A DNA stretch of 64,000 nt from an uncultured Ruminococcus sp. (GTDB lineage Bacteria; Bacillota; Clostridia; UBA1212), in NCBI GenBank assembly GCA_902792515.1, contig CADAZX010000012.1, positions 6,165-70,164 on the forward strand, read 5' to 3'. Made by a program: the position numbers and the translations under genes. Within the stretch, counting starts at the first letter, position 1, and each line of letters begins with the position of its first letter. Positions 1 to 8,813 of this stretch are shown here, in pieces. The notes under the pieces were generated by a model. It saw only the letters and a list, made by a program, of their open reading frames with translations, was not told the origin of the DNA and did not search any database.

Positions 1-241
1 ATCCAAATCTACAATACACACTATCGACGTTATTATATTTTATTCGTGCATTTTTTTCAAGGGTTTTTTAAGAAATTCTTAGATTTTTCTCATATTTTTC
101 CATTTCTCGGCAGTCCCCGCCAGCCCTTCCGCATAGACCTTCAAAGACACAAAAACGCACCGCACGCAAACGTTTCTCGAGGCCTGTTTTGAGTTATGCT
201 TCCCGCACTCTTTCGCCATCTCTCCGTTCCCCCGCAGGCAT

Positions 242-272
242 AAAAAATCCACGCCGCATGTTTGCAACGTGG
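242..272 (-). terminator. putative intrinsic terminator 3' of the tRNA pair
   Basis: Minus-strand hairpin ccacg..cgtgg (plus 249-253 / 268-272) followed on the minus strand by a T-run (plus A-run 243-248). Confidence 0.3.
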
Positions 273-278
273 ACTTGG

Positions 279-355
279 TGGTGACCCCTACGAGAATCGA
301 ACTCGTGTCGCAGCCGTGAAAGGGCCGTGTCTTAACCTCTTGACCAAGGGGCCTT
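279..355 (-). tRNA. tRNA-Glu (anticodon TTC)
   Basis: Reverse complement reads GGCCCCTTGGTCAAGAGGTTAAGAC..CGGCC-CTTTCAC-GGCTG..GGTTCGATTC..AGGGGTCACCA. Cloverleaf arms pair; anticodon loop CTTTCAC gives UUC; 3' CCA is encoded. Confidence 0.8.
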
Positions 356-358
356 ATT

Positions 359-434
359 GGTGGCTGTGGTAGGACACGAACCCACGACCTTCCGGGTATG
401 AACCGGACGCTCTAACCAGCTAAGCTACACAGCC
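359..434 (-). tRNA. tRNA-Met (anticodon CAT; initiator/elongator/Ile-lysidine not distinguished)
   Basis: Reverse complement reads GGCTGTGTAGCTTAGCTGGTTAGAGCGTCCGGTTCATACCCGGAAGGTCGTGGGTTCGTGTCCTACCACAGCCACCA. Anticodon stem TCCGG/CCGGA with loop TTCATAC; T-arm GGTTCGTGTCC; CCA end. Confidence 0.8.
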
Positions 435-475
435 ATTTTCGAGGATTTTTGACGCGCTCCCCGAAGCGCCAGTAT

Positions 476-504
476 ATGATACCACCTAAAAACCGTCCTG
501 TCAA
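476..504 (-). promoter_or_regulatory. putative sigma-70 promoter for the tRNA pair
   Basis: Minus strand reads TTGACA (504..499), 17-nt spacer, TATCAT (481..476), about 40 nt upstream of the tRNA-Met 5' end. Confidence 0.35.
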
Positions 505-520
505 GGACTTTTTTTATTTT

Positions 521-650
521 CGGCGAAAATCTGGCGAAAATCATTCCGCGTGTCATTCCGCGAAAAAACGCAAAAGATGCGAAAAGCGCGAAAACGACGG
601 GTTGCCCCCGCGAAAGTGATGAGTTGACCCCGCGAAACCCGCGAAAACGC
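521..650. repeat. low-complexity GCGAAAA-motif tract
   Basis: About nine copies of (c)gcgaaaa/cgaaaac and a duplicated cattccgcg, lying between a minus-strand CDS and the tRNA promoter. Confidence 0.5.
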
Positions 651-1115
651 TTAGAACCAGCCGACAACGGTCAGCACCAGCGCCGCAATCGCGACGAGTC
701 CGCCAATCAGAAGCGCCAGCGTGACCCATTTTTTACGGCCCGCTCTGCCGCCTTTGTTGGACACCATGTTCGCGACGCACGCGGGAATCACGAAAACGAG
801 CGCCGAGAAGAACAGCCCCATCGCAATCGCGTTCATGACCTCCTTGGCTGTGGTGCACCTGGCGATGCCGCCGAGGAACAGGCCGGCCGCGAAAATCGAC
901 GCAGCGATCGCTGCCAGAACGATCAGGATGATTCCGTCGTTTGTTTTCTCCGGCTGAGCGGCTTCCGCAGACTCCTGAGCGGCCTCTGCGGATTCTTGGA
1001 CTGTTTCCGTCGCCTCTTGTCCGGCTTCTTTTACAGCCGTCTCTGCCGTCACGTTCAGCTCTTCGTTTTCGGTTTTTTTCTCTTCATCATTAAAGCCGTC
1101 TGTCATTTTTGACAC
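651..1115 (-). CDS. hypothetical small membrane protein (acidic N-terminus, 3-4 TM helices)
   Basis: 154-aa ORF with high-GC third codon positions on the minus strand and hydrophobic segments (ILIVLAAIAASIFAAGLFLGG; LALLIGGLVAIAALVLTVVGWF). The overlapping plus-strand ORF 624..1112 is antisense. Confidence 0.5.
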   Translation of the reverse strand: MSKMTDGFNDEEKKTENEELNVTAETAVKEAGQEATETVQESAEAAQESAEAAQPEKTNDGIILIVLAAIAASIFAAGLFLGGIARCTTAKEVMNAIAMGLFFSALVFVIPACVANMVSNKGGRAGRKKWVTLALLIGGLVAIAALVLTVVGWF

Positions 1116-1200
1116 CCCCGGTTTGTTTTCATTTTCAGTCTAAAGCCGCTTTTTAACCTGCAACTTGCGTCTAAAGCGCCCTTTTACTCAGCCCGCCTGA

Positions 1201-2163
1201 CTATTCGGCCGCCGCCCCGATGCCCTCGAGCACGCCCATGATTATAATACCCGCGATAACGAGCGCGACCGCCACGTACTGCTTCCAGGTGAGCTTTTCG
1301 CGCAGGAAGATCCGGCCGAAAACAAGGCTCGCGACACAGTAGCTGGCGATGACTGGCGCCGCCGCGATCGCGTTCCCGCTGATGGCGTAAACGTAAGCGA
1401 GCTGGCCGACCGTCTCGAAGACCGCAGCAACGATCCTGTGCACCGTCGTGGGCGTTTTGTGCCCCTCTTCGCGGAAGAAGGTGAGCTTCTGCTTCCTGAT
1501 CACGAAAACGTAGATCGCCAAAAAGGCCGCGACGATCAGAAACGTCAGCTGGTAGGAGACGTTCGCGACGTCCTCGATCGTGTCCTCGGTAACGCCGATA
1601 AGCGGGGTTTTCTCCCAGTCGTCGAGGTACCAGCCGTCGAAAAACGTTCCGAGCGAGTCGAGCACGCAGTAGAGGATCGGCATCAGGAACGCCACGAAGC
1701 CGATTTTGTACTTCTTTTCGGTTTCCTTCAGGTACTGCACCTCGCGCCTGCGCTCAAGAATGCCGAGCAGCACCACGCCGGCCGTGATGAGAACGATCGC
1801 GATGGCCGTATAGATGTCAGGAAGCTCGCGGAGCACGATCATCAAGAGGATCGCGCTGACGGCGCCGCTGGCGTTCTGGATCGGCGACGAAACCGACACC
1901 TCAAGGTAGCGGAGGCCGAAATAGCCGACCGTCATCGAGGAAATGTACATCGCCGAGACAGGCAGGTAGACGAGCAGGTTCCTGAAGTCGTAGTTCAGGT
2001 CCTTCGTGAGCAAGGTGACAATGGCCGTGGCGCCCATAACGACGCCGACGACGATCGAAACCTTGAGATGACTGTATTTTTCGTTTTCGGCGGATCCCTT
2101 CTTATAAAAAAGGTCGGCCGCGCCCCATGCGAAAAACGAAATCAGTGCAAAAAGAAGCCACAT
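1201..2163 (-). CDS. DMT-superfamily (EamA-like) permease
   Basis: Ten predicted TM helices with a duplicated 5-TM architecture. Start chosen at the internal ATG (2163..2161) preceded by AGGAG; the ORF track extends it to 2202. Confidence 0.65.
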   Translation of the reverse strand: MWLLFALISFFAWGAADLFYKKGSAENEKYSHLKVSIVVGVVMGATAIVTLLTKDLNYDFRNLLVYLPVSAMYISSMTVGYFGLRYLEVSVSSPIQNASGAVSAILLMIVLRELPDIYTAIAIVLITAGVVLLGILERRREVQYLKETEKKYKIGFVAFLMPILYCVLDSLGTFFDGWYLDDWEKTPLIGVTEDTIEDVANVSYQLTFLIVAAFLAIYVFVIRKQKLTFFREEGHKTPTTVHRIVAAVFETVGQLAYVYAISGNAIAAAPVIASYCVASLVFGRIFLREKLTWKQYVAVALVIAGIIIMGVLEGIGAAAE

Positions 2164-2310
2164 AGAGTAAAATCTCCTGAAATAAAATAAAAGGAATCTC
2201 ATCCGCGGGCGGAGTCACGTCTGGATGTTCCCGCCTCCGCCCGCGGCTGTTATATTGTACCGCGGAAACACTATTTTTTCAAGGTTTCGTTTTCCGGGAA
2301 TCAACAGGTG

Positions 2311-2356
2311 TAAAAAAGGCGGCCCCCGGGACTCAAAAACCGCACCGGGGGCCGCC
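2311..2356 (-). terminator. intrinsic terminator
   Basis: Stem ggcggcccccgg / ccgggggccgcc (12 bp) followed on the minus strand by TTTTTT, directly 3' of the CDS ending at 2410. Confidence 0.6.
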
Positions 2357-2409
2357 GAATTCTCCGCCGTTAAAGCGGAAAAGCTGTCGGTTATTAAGGA
2401 TTAATTACT

Positions 2410-2940
2410 TTACTGCTCGCAGCCGTTCGGGCATCCGCCGAGGTTCGCGTCGTACTGGGTGCCGCACTTTGTGCAGTAAACGAGGTTCGGAACGTACTCT
2501 TCAGCGGGCTCCGCAGCCTTCTCGGTTTCTTCCTTGCAGCACTCTTCCTTGGCGGGAAGCTTGTTGTTGATCTCGTTGGAGTTCCTGACAAGGATGATGA
2601 ACATCATAGCCACCTCGTAGATGATTCTGAGGATGACCGGTCCGCAGACGAGCAGGATCAGGCCCTGGAGACCGAAGTACTTCACGACTGTCGTGCCGAC
2701 CCACTGTACCGAGATGATCATGAGGAGACCGGTGACGATGCAGAGAACGGTGAAGAATACGTACGTGATTTTAAGAATCTTTTCGAGAAGCAGCTGTCTG
2801 AAGTTGAAAATGTCGTGAAGAGTCTTGAAGAACTTGTTCAGTTTCTCTCTCTTCTTCTCAGGCAGAATGAAAATGCAAATGAGAACGGTCGCCGCAATCG
2901 CGGTGAGGATTCCGAGTATGTATGTAACAATGATAGGCAT
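2410..2940 (-). CDS. hypothetical membrane protein with C-terminal zinc-ribbon (CxxC..CxxxC)
   Basis: 176 aa with four hydrophobic helices, then the C-terminal CTKCGTQYDANLGGCPNGC. RBS AAAGGAG lies 8 nt upstream of the ATG. Confidence 0.6.
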   Translation of the reverse strand: MPIIVTYILGILTAIAATVLICIFILPEKKREKLNKFFKTLHDIFNFRQLLLEKILKITYVFFTVLCIVTGLLMIISVQWVGTTVVKYFGLQGLILLVCGPVILRIIYEVAMMFIILVRNSNEINNKLPAKEECCKEETEKAAEPAEEYVPNLVYCTKCGTQYDANLGGCPNGCEQ

Positions 2941-3010
2941 AATAAGACTCCTTTCAGTTTATTATTAGTTTTATTATACCACGCTTTCACGCGGTTGTAA
3001 ATTATTTTTC

Positions 3011-3108
3011 CGCCTCAAACCGGCCTCAAACCGGCGAAACCACGAAAACCGCGAAACCACGAAAGCCGCGAAACCACGAAAACCGCGAAACCACGAAAAC
3101 CGCGAGAA
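3011..3108. repeat. short tandem repeats (cctcaaaccgg x2; ~16-nt cgcgaaaccacgaaaac x5)
   Basis: Direct reading: ccgcctcaaaccggcctcaaaccgg, then gcgaaaccacgaaaaccgcgaaaccacgaaagccgcgaaaccacgaaaaccgcgaaaccacgaaaaccgcgag. Confidence 0.7.
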
Positions 3109-3182
3109 TCGGGTTCATAATCCCGCTAAAAAATCTCGTTCGAAAAACGTTCGAAAATCGCGTTCAAGAAGCGGATTTAAAG

Positions 3183-3602
3183 TCATCTGCGGAATCTTCT
3201 GAGCACCGCGAACCCGAGAATAATCAGCGTCACAACAGGCCCCGCGATCATCATGACGGTGCCGGCTGTTTTCGACTCGGTATGAACGTCCAGCGGGTCG
3301 TTCTCGTTGTAAAGCAGGGTTATCGTCTTCCCCTCTTTAAAGCCCGACTCGTAGTCACCGATCTTCTCGTGATATTCCCGGCCGTCGACGGTGTAGCGCA
3401 CGTAGACCTCGTAATCATATTTCGAGTTGCCGTCTTCATCCTCTCCGGCATAAATCTGCTCGATTTTTTCGATGACGGCTTCGGTTTTCGCATAGCCCCT
3501 GTCCCGGAAAAAGCGGAAATAGACTCCCACGCCGAAAACAACCAGACCCGCGACCGCGAGCAAAACGAGAATGAGTCTTTCCAACAATCTTTTATTTTTC
3601 AT
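3183..3602 (-). CDS. DUF3592-like small membrane protein
   Basis: Start placed at MKNKR (ATG 3602..3600) with a GGAGGA RBS 6 nt upstream; the upstream ATG of the ORF track lies inside that RBS. N-terminal TM helix, then a soluble domain. Confidence 0.6.
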   Translation of the reverse strand: MKNKRLLERLILVLLAVAGLVVFGVGVYFRFFRDRGYAKTEAVIEKIEQIYAGEDEDGNSKYDYEVYVRYTVDGREYHEKIGDYESGFKEGKTITLLYNENDPLDVHTESKTAGTVMMIAGPVVTLIILGFAVLRRFRR

Positions 3603-3714
3603 CTTATCCTCCATTGTACCGGCGTCCGGCAAAAAGCGAGCGCTTATGATCGCCGGCGCAAAAATCGACCGAGATTATAAGTTCCCGCTCAAAATACGCT
3701 TTTAAAGTTTAGTA

Positions 3715-5721
3715 TCAGTAAAGCTTCGCGCCTGCGGGAATGTGCGGATCGAGCATGAGCAGGTTGAGCCGCTCCTCCTCGCCTTCCTTGTGGACAGCGG
3801 AGAGCAGCATGCCGCAGGATTCGATTCCCATCATCGCTCTTGGCGGAAGGTTCGTGATTGCGACGCACGTCTTTCCGACAAGCTGTTCGGGCTCGTAAAA
3901 CGCGTGAATTCCGCTCAGAATCGTGCGGTTCGTGCCCGTTCCGTCGTCAAGCGTGAACTTCAGAAGCTTTTTCGACTTCGGAACCGCCTCACACTCGAGG
4001 ACCTTCACGGCGCGGAAATCCGACTTCGAGAACGTCTCAAAATCGACCGTATCGCTGAAAAGCGGCTCGATCACAACGTTCGAAAAGTCGATCTTCTCTT
4101 CAACAGGAGCCTCGTTCCCGGCTTCCTGCGCCGCCTTGCAAGCCTCTTGAGATGGGCAGGTAAAGCAGGCGCACCCGGGTTCTCCGGCCTTTGCCTCTGC
4201 CTTTTCGGGCTTTTTATTGTCAAGCGACTTCATTGTCGGGAACAGCAAAACGTCGCGAATGGCCGGGCTGTCGGTGAGCAGCATTGTGAGTCTGTCGATG
4301 CCGTAGCCGATTCCACCCGTGGGCGGCATGCCGATCTCGAGCGCGTTGAGGAAGTCCTCGTCGGTATGGTTGGCCTCTTCGTCGCCTGCCGCAAAAGCCG
4401 CGTCCTGGGCCGCGAAACGTTCGCGCTGGTCGATCGGGTCGTTGAGCTCCGAGTATGCGTTGCACATCTCCCAGCCGTTGATGAACAGCTCGAAACGTTC
4501 AACGTAACCGGGCTTGTCGGGCTTGCGCTTCGTGAGCGGCGAGACCTCGACCGGGTGGTCCATAATGAAGGTCGGCTGGATGAGCTTGTCCTCGCAGAAC
4601 TCCTCGAAGAAAAGGTTGAGAATGTCGCCCTTTTGGTGACGCTCTTCAAACTCGACGCCCTTCTCCTTCGCGATCTTTTTCGCCTCTTCGGTGTCCTTGA
4701 CCTCGTCAAAGTCCACGCCGGCGTATTCCTTGACCGCGTCGATCATCGTAAGACGCCTGAAGGGCTTGCCGAGGTCGATAACTTTGTCGCCGTACTTGAT
4801 CTCGGTCGTGCCGCATACGGTCGTGGCGACGTGGCGGAACATGGACTCGGTGAGTTCCATCATTCCGTAGTAGTCGGTGTATGCCTGGTAGAGCTCCATG
4901 AGCGTGAACTCCGGGTTGTGCCTCGTGTCGACGCCTTCGTTGCGGAAAACGCGTCCGATCTCGTAAACGCGCTCCAATCCGCCGACGATGAGCCTCTTAA
5001 GGTAGAGTTCGAGCGAAATCCTCAGCTTCACGTCCTCGTCAAGCGCGTTGAAATGCGTCTCAAACGGCCTCGCAGCGGCACCGCCCGCGTTCGCGACAAG
5101 CATGGGCGTCTCGACCTCCATAAAGTCGCGGCCGTCCAGGAACCTTCTGATCTCGCGGATGATCTGCGAGCGCTTCACAAAAGTATCCCTGACCTCCGGG
5201 TTCATAATGAGGTCGATGTAACGCTGTCTGTAGCGCGTGTCGGTGTCCGTAATGCCGTGGAACTTTTCCGGAAGCGGATTCAACGACTTCGTGAGCAGCG
5301 TGAGTTCCTCCGCGTGAACGCTCGTCTCGCCTGTTTTCGTTTTGAAAACGAACCCCTTCACGCCGATGATGTCGCCGATGTCGAGCGTTTTGAAAAGCGC
5401 GTACGGCTCCTCACCGAGCGAATCGCGCGCCACGTAGAGCTGAATTCTGCCCGTTCTGTCGAGAATGTGCGCGAACGAAGCCTTGCCCATGATGCGTTTC
5501 GCCATAAGACGGCCCGCGAGCACGACCTGCTTCCCCTCAAGCTCCTCGAAATTCGCGAGAACCTCTGAAGAGAGGTGCGTCCTGTCGAACTTTGTGATCT
5601 TGTAAGGGTCGATTCCGCGCGCTCTTAGGTCGGCAAGCTTGCCGCGCCTCACAACCATCTGTTCCGAAAGCTGCCTTCCCTCGCCGCTTTCATCAGTTTC
5701 GGGTCTCATATTTTCTGCCAT
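3715..5721 (-). CDS. lysS: lysine--tRNA ligase (class II) with a C-terminal EMAP/Trbp111-like tRNA-binding domain
   Basis: N-terminal OB fold and class II core (GIDPY..; FMEVETP; ..[30 protein letters not shown]), followed by a ~170-aa extension that contains a Myf/tRNA_bind-type domain ([43 protein letters not shown]). RBS AGAGGTAA. Confidence 0.9.
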   Translation of the reverse strand: MAENMRPETDESGEGRQLSEQMVVRRGKLADLRARGIDPYKITKFDRTHLSSEVLANFEELEGKQVVLAGRLMAKRIMGKASFAHILDRTGRIQLYVARDSLGEEPYALFKTLDIGDIIGVKGFVFKTKTGETSVHAEELTLLTKSLNPLPEKFHGITDTDTRYRQRYIDLIMNPEVRDTFVKRSQIIREIRRFLDGRDFMEVETPMLVANAGGAAARPFETHFNALDEDVKLRISLELYLKRLIVGGLERVYEIGRVFRNEGVDTRHNPEFTLMELYQAYTDYYGMMELTESMFRHVATTVCGTTEIKYGDKVIDLGKPFRRLTMIDAVKEYAGVDFDEVKDTEEAKKIAKEKGVEFEERHQKGDILNLFFEEFCEDKLIQPTFIMDHPVEVSPLTKRKPDKPGYVERFELFINGWEMCNAYSELNDPIDQRERFAAQDAAFAAGDEEANHTDEDFLNALEIGMPPTGGIGYGIDRLTMLLTDSPAIRDVLLFPTMKSLDNKKPEKAEAKAGEPGCACFTCPSQEACKAAQEAGNEAPVEEKIDFSNVVIEPLFSDTVDFETFSKSDFRAVKVLECEAVPKSKKLLKFTLDDGTGTNRTILSGIHAFYEPEQLVGKTCVAITNLPPRAMMGIESCGMLLSAVHKEGEEERLNLLMLDPHIPAGAKLY

Positions 5722-5927
5722 AACTGTTACCTCTGTAAAAAACTACTCTCCGCCGTCAGCCCGCCTGCAAAGGCAAGCCCCATAAAACGGAGCGCGGCGC
5801 TTTCTCAGTCCAAAATGTTTCAAAAGCGCCGCAATCTCAACCGTCTCCCCCGGTTCAAGCGCCGCGTTTACGCGCGCTTAAAATCCGAAGGCCGGTATAT
5901 TTCAAAAACTGTCCGAACTAAGAAGCG

Positions 5928-6419
5928 TCAGTCCGGAATCCTGATGTCAAGAACCTTGTACTCGCGAACGCCGGCAGGAACCTGAACGCTCACAACGTCG
6001 CCGATTTTTTTCCCGATAAGCGCTGAGCCTACAGGCGAATTGTTGGAGATCTTGCCCTCAAGCGGATTCGCCTCGGATGAGCCGACTACCTGATAGTCGA
6101 CGACCTTGCCGTTCCAGAGGCACTCGACCTTCACAAAGTTTCCTATCCGGACTTCGTCGTTTGTGAGCTGTCCCTCGTCATAAAAAATAATGTCGTCACG
6201 GCTGAGTTTGGCCGTGAGGCGGGCGATCTCCGCCTCGTTGTCGCGCTGTTCGTTAAGCGCTTCGTCGTATTCGGCGTTTTCCGAAAGGTCGCCGCGGCTT
6301 CTCGCCTCTTCAATTCTGCGTACGATCTCCTCTTTTTTCTCGCCTTTCAAATAGTTGAGGTAAGCCTGCTCTTCCGCATATCTTTTCGTGGTATAATAAA
6401 TTGGTCCGTCACTTGCCAT
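5928..6419 (-). CDS. greA: transcription elongation factor GreA
   Basis: 163 aa with an N-terminal coiled coil (RGDLSENAEYDEA) and a C-terminal FKBP-like domain (SPVGSALIGKKIGD). The greA-lysS order is conserved in Firmicutes. Confidence 0.9.
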   Translation of the reverse strand: MASDGPIYYTTKRYAEEQAYLNYLKGEKKEEIVRRIEEARSRGDLSENAEYDEALNEQRDNEAEIARLTAKLSRDDIIFYDEGQLTNDEVRIGNFVKVECLWNGKVVDYQVVGSSEANPLEGKISNNSPVGSALIGKKIGDVVSVQVPAGVREYKVLDIRIPD

Positions 6420-6449
6420 AATGTAAAACTATCCTTCTCTCTTCGTAAA

Positions 6450-7958
6450 TTATTTCAGTTTGGCGTAGCCGTTATCCTTCAGAATAACGTCGTGCGCGCC
6501 GCCCTCGACGATGCTTGTCGAGCTGACCATCGTCAGCTTCGCGTTTTTGTGGAATTCCTCTATCGTGAGAACTCCGCAGTTGCACATTGTCGAGCGGATT
6601 TTTCCTAAAGTTAGGGCAATATTGTCGCTGAGTTTGCCCGCGTAGGGAACGTAGGAGTCAACGCCCTCCTCAAACGAGAGCTTTGACGCGCCGCCCATGT
6701 CGTAGCGCTGCCAGTTCCTTGCCCTGTTCGAGCCCTCGCCCCAGTACTCTTTGTAATACGTGCCGTTGATGTTGACCTTCGCCGACGGGCTCTCGTCGAA
6801 CCTCGCGAAATACCTGCCGAGCATTATGAAATCGGCGCCCATCGCCAGCGCGAGAGTCATGTGGTAGTCGAAAACGATTCCGCCGTCAGCGCAGAGCGGT
6901 ACGTAAACGCCCGTCTCCTCAAAGTATTTGTCGCGCTCCGCCGCAACGTCGATAACAGCCGAAGCCTGTCCGCGGCCGATACCCTTCTGCTCTCTCGTGA
7001 TGCAGATCGAACCGCCTCCGATACCGATCTTCACGAAGTCCGCGCCCGCGTCCGCAAGGAACCTGAACGACTCACCGTCGACAACGTTTCCGGCGCCAAC
7101 CTTCACGCTGTCACCGTATTTCGACCTGATCCACGCGATCGTCTCCTTCTGCCACTCGGAGTAACCCTCCGAAGAGTCGATGCACAGCACGTCCGCGCCC
7201 GCCTCAATAAGGGCCGGCACTCTCTTTTCGTAGTCGCGGCTGTTGATGCCCGCGCCGACCATGTACTGCTTGTGCTCGTCCAGAAGCTCGTCCGGGTTGT
7301 CCTTGTGCATATCGTAGTCCTTGCGGAAAACGAAATACTTCAGGTGGTCGTTCTCGTCGATGATCGGCAGCGAGTTGATCTTCTTCTCCCAGATAATGTC
7401 GTTCGCCTCTTTCAGCGACACGCCCTCTCTCGCGTAAACCAGCTTCGAAAACGGCGTCATAAACTCGGAAACCTTTTCGTCGCCGGTCATTCTGCTCGGC
7501 CTGTAGTCGCGGCTCGTAACGATGCCCAGAAGCTTTCCGCAGCAGGAACCGTCGTCGGTTATCGCTATCGTCGAAAATCCGTTTTCCTCTTTGAGCTTGA
7601 TCACGTCACTCAGCGTCGAATCCGGCCTCAGGTTTGACCTGCTGACAACGAATCCCGACTTGTAGCGCTTGACCTTGGAAACCATTTCCGCCTCGGACTC
7701 GATGCTCTGCGACCCGTAAATGAACGAAAGTCCGCCGCACTTCGCAAGCGCCACCGCCATGTTGTCGTCGGAAACGGCCTGCATTATCGCAGAAACCATC
7801 GGAATATTGATTGAAAGCGCCGGCTTCTCGCCCCTCCTGAATTTCACGATAGGCGTCTTCAGCGACACGTTCGACGGAACGTGCTGCTTGGAAGTATACC
7901 CCGGCAGGAGCAGGAACTCGTTAAATGTATGCGAGGGTTCCGGATAAATAAATGCCAT
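6450..7958 (-). CDS. guaB: IMP dehydrogenase (IMPDH/GMPR family with CBS pair)
   Basis: 502 aa with an inserted CBS region and the catalytic loop [13 protein letters not shown]-terminal flap [20 protein letters not shown] 8 nt upstream. Confidence 0.8.
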   Translation of the reverse strand: MAFIYPEPSHTFNEFLLLPGYTSKQHVPSNVSLKTPIVKFRRGEKPALSINIPMVSAIMQAVSDDNMAVALAKCGGLSFIYGSQSIESEAEMVSKVKRYKSGFVVSRSNLRPDSTLSDVIKLKEENGFSTIAITDDGSCCGKLLGIVTSRDYRPSRMTGDEKVSEFMTPFSKLVYAREGVSLKEANDIIWEKKINSLPIIDENDHLKYFVFRKDYDMHKDNPDELLDEHKQYMVGAGINSRDYEKRVPALIEAGADVLCIDSSEGYSEWQKETIAWIRSKYGDSVKVGAGNVVDGESFRFLADAGADFVKIGIGGGSICITREQKGIGRGQASAVIDVAAERDKYFEETGVYVPLCADGGIVFDYHMTLALAMGADFIMLGRYFARFDESPSAKVNINGTYYKEYWGEGSNRARNWQRYDMGGASKLSFEEGVDSYVPYAGKLSDNIALTLGKIRSTMCNCGVLTIEEFHKNAKLTMVSSTSIVEGGAHDVILKDNGYAKLK

Positions 7959-8097
7959 GTTTTAAATCCTCCGTTTATCAGTTAACCCGCTTGCGGCCCT
8001 TTTTCCCGGTCCGCCGCGCATGAAAAGTTCGCTTCAGATATAATAAAAAAAGCATCGGCGCGTGCTTTTGGCCACGCTACCCACACTTCATATTGCG

Positions 8098-8126
8098 ATT
8101 ATACTACGATTTTTTGCCGATTTCAA
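8098..8126 (-). promoter_or_regulatory. putative sigma-70 promoter of guaB
   Basis: Minus strand reads TTGAAA (8126..8121), 17-nt spacer, TATAAT (8103..8098), about 140 nt upstream of the guaB start. Confidence 0.4.
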
Positions 8127-8141
8127 GCGATTTCTTTCAAA

Positions 8142-8220
8142 GCCGCACTTTATGTTGCGTCTCTCACTTGACTGGGCAAAGCCCAGAATCGTTCGAACCG
8201 CAACATAAAGCTGCGGCGGC
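8142..8220. repeat. X-type palindromic element, copy X1 (arms tttatgttgcg / cgcaacataaa)
   Basis: Left arm gccgcactttatgttgcg, core ctcacttgac-tgggcaaagccca-gaatcgttcgaac, right arm cgcaacataaagctgcggcggc. Arms pair over 6+11 bp with a 1/2-nt bulge. Confidence 0.7.
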
Positions 8221-8280
8221 TCTTTCACAAGGTTGACATTGCTCGCGGAGTCGCCGCAGGCACCTTATTATTCCGTAAAA

Positions 8281-8348
8281 GCCTGTGTGTTTCGCACGAA
8301 GGCGACTCGTAGCCTTAGCTACGTCGGAGACTGAGTGGAAACACACAG
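8281..8348. repeat. H2-type element copy 1 (12-bp outer stem, conserved internal loops, inner hairpin)
   Basis: cctgtgtgtttc | GCACGAAGGCGAC | tcgtagc-ctt-agctacg | TCGGAGACTGAGTG | gaaacacacagg. Confidence 0.7.
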
Positions 8349-8407
8349 GGTTTATCGTTCGTGACGCCGATGCAAAGCTGCGGCGGCTCGAATTAAGGAA
8401 GCATTAA

Positions 8408-8483
8408 TGCACTTTATGTTGCGCCTCTCACTTGACTGGGCAAAGCCCAGAATCGTTCGAACCGCAACATAAAGCTGCGGCGG
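8408..8483. repeat. X-type palindromic element, copy X2 (atgttg type)
   Basis: Near-identical to X1: gcactttatgttgcg .. ctcacttgac tgggcaaagccca gaatcgttcgaac cgcaacataaagctgcggcggc. Confidence 0.7.
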
Positions 8484-8504
8484 CTCTAGATAAGGATGTG
8501 TTGA

Positions 8505-8558
8505 TGCACTTTGCATCGCGCCCCTCACTTGACGACGCACTTGATATTGCACCGCAGG
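8505..8558. repeat. partial X-type units (left arms of gcatcg and gatattg types, no adjacent partners)
   Basis: gcactttgcatcgcg-ccctcacttgac-gacgcacttgatattgca-ccgcaggc. The complementary gcatcg-type right arm lies at 8365..8386, on the other side of X2. Confidence 0.6.
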
Positions 8559-8578
8559 CTCCTTATTACTCCGTTAAA

Positions 8579-8632
8579 TCCTGTGTGTTTCGCAAGAAGG
8601 CGACTCGTAGCCTTAGCTACGTCGGAGACTGT
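8579..8632. repeat. H2-type element copy 2 (3' stem truncated)
   Basis: cctgtgtgtttcgcaagaaggcgactcgtagccttagctacgtcggagactgtg; the closing gaaacacacagg is missing. Confidence 0.55.
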
Positions 8633-8700
8633 GTAAAGAGCTGAAAATCGGCTTCTTGAAAACGCCTAGTTTCGAGCTATTTTTGAGAGTGCTTGTCCGA

Positions 8701-8778
8701 AGCCGCACTTTGCATCGCGCCCCTCACTTGACTGGGCAAAGCCCAGAATCGTTCGTGACGCCGATGCAAAGCTGCGGC
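8701..8778. repeat. X-type palindromic element, copy X3 (arms tttgcatcg / cgatgcaaa)
   Basis: gccgcactttgcatcgcg-cccctcacttgac-tgggcaaagccca-gaatcgttcgtgac-gccgatgcaaagctgcggcg. Confidence 0.7.
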
Positions 8779-8813
8779 GTCCTACACAAGGTTGCTAACG
8801 CAAGTTAGCCGAG

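Noticed and set aside
79-267. Small ORFs at 79..267, 425..667 and in 8164..8644
   Set aside because: They overlap tRNA genes, promoter sequence or the palindromic repeat clusters, have no RBS, and their frames are explained by repeat structure.
624-1112. Plus-strand ORF overlapping the minus-strand membrane protein gene
   Set aside because: It is in antisense to a better-supported ORF and its translation is Arg-rich low-complexity.
3742-5568. Long plus-strand ORFs antisense to lysS, and similar ones at 16672..18183, 18482..20221, 24135..26198 and 40185..42722 (minus)
   Set aside because: These are GC-rich antisense reading frames with no RBS and low-complexity Arg/Ala/Val-rich translations. 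They fully overlap well-supported genes.
5722-5927. Possible T-box or lysine riboswitch in the lysS leader
   Set aside because: No T-box consensus (AATTAGGGTGGNACCGCG) and no L-box-like conserved segments could be recognised by eye. Only an Rfam scan could settle this.
8142-8778. Integron attC-like recombination sites
   Set aside because: In attC sites the conserved boxes are at the ends and the centre is variable. Here the centre is conserved and the arms vary. No integron integrase is present.
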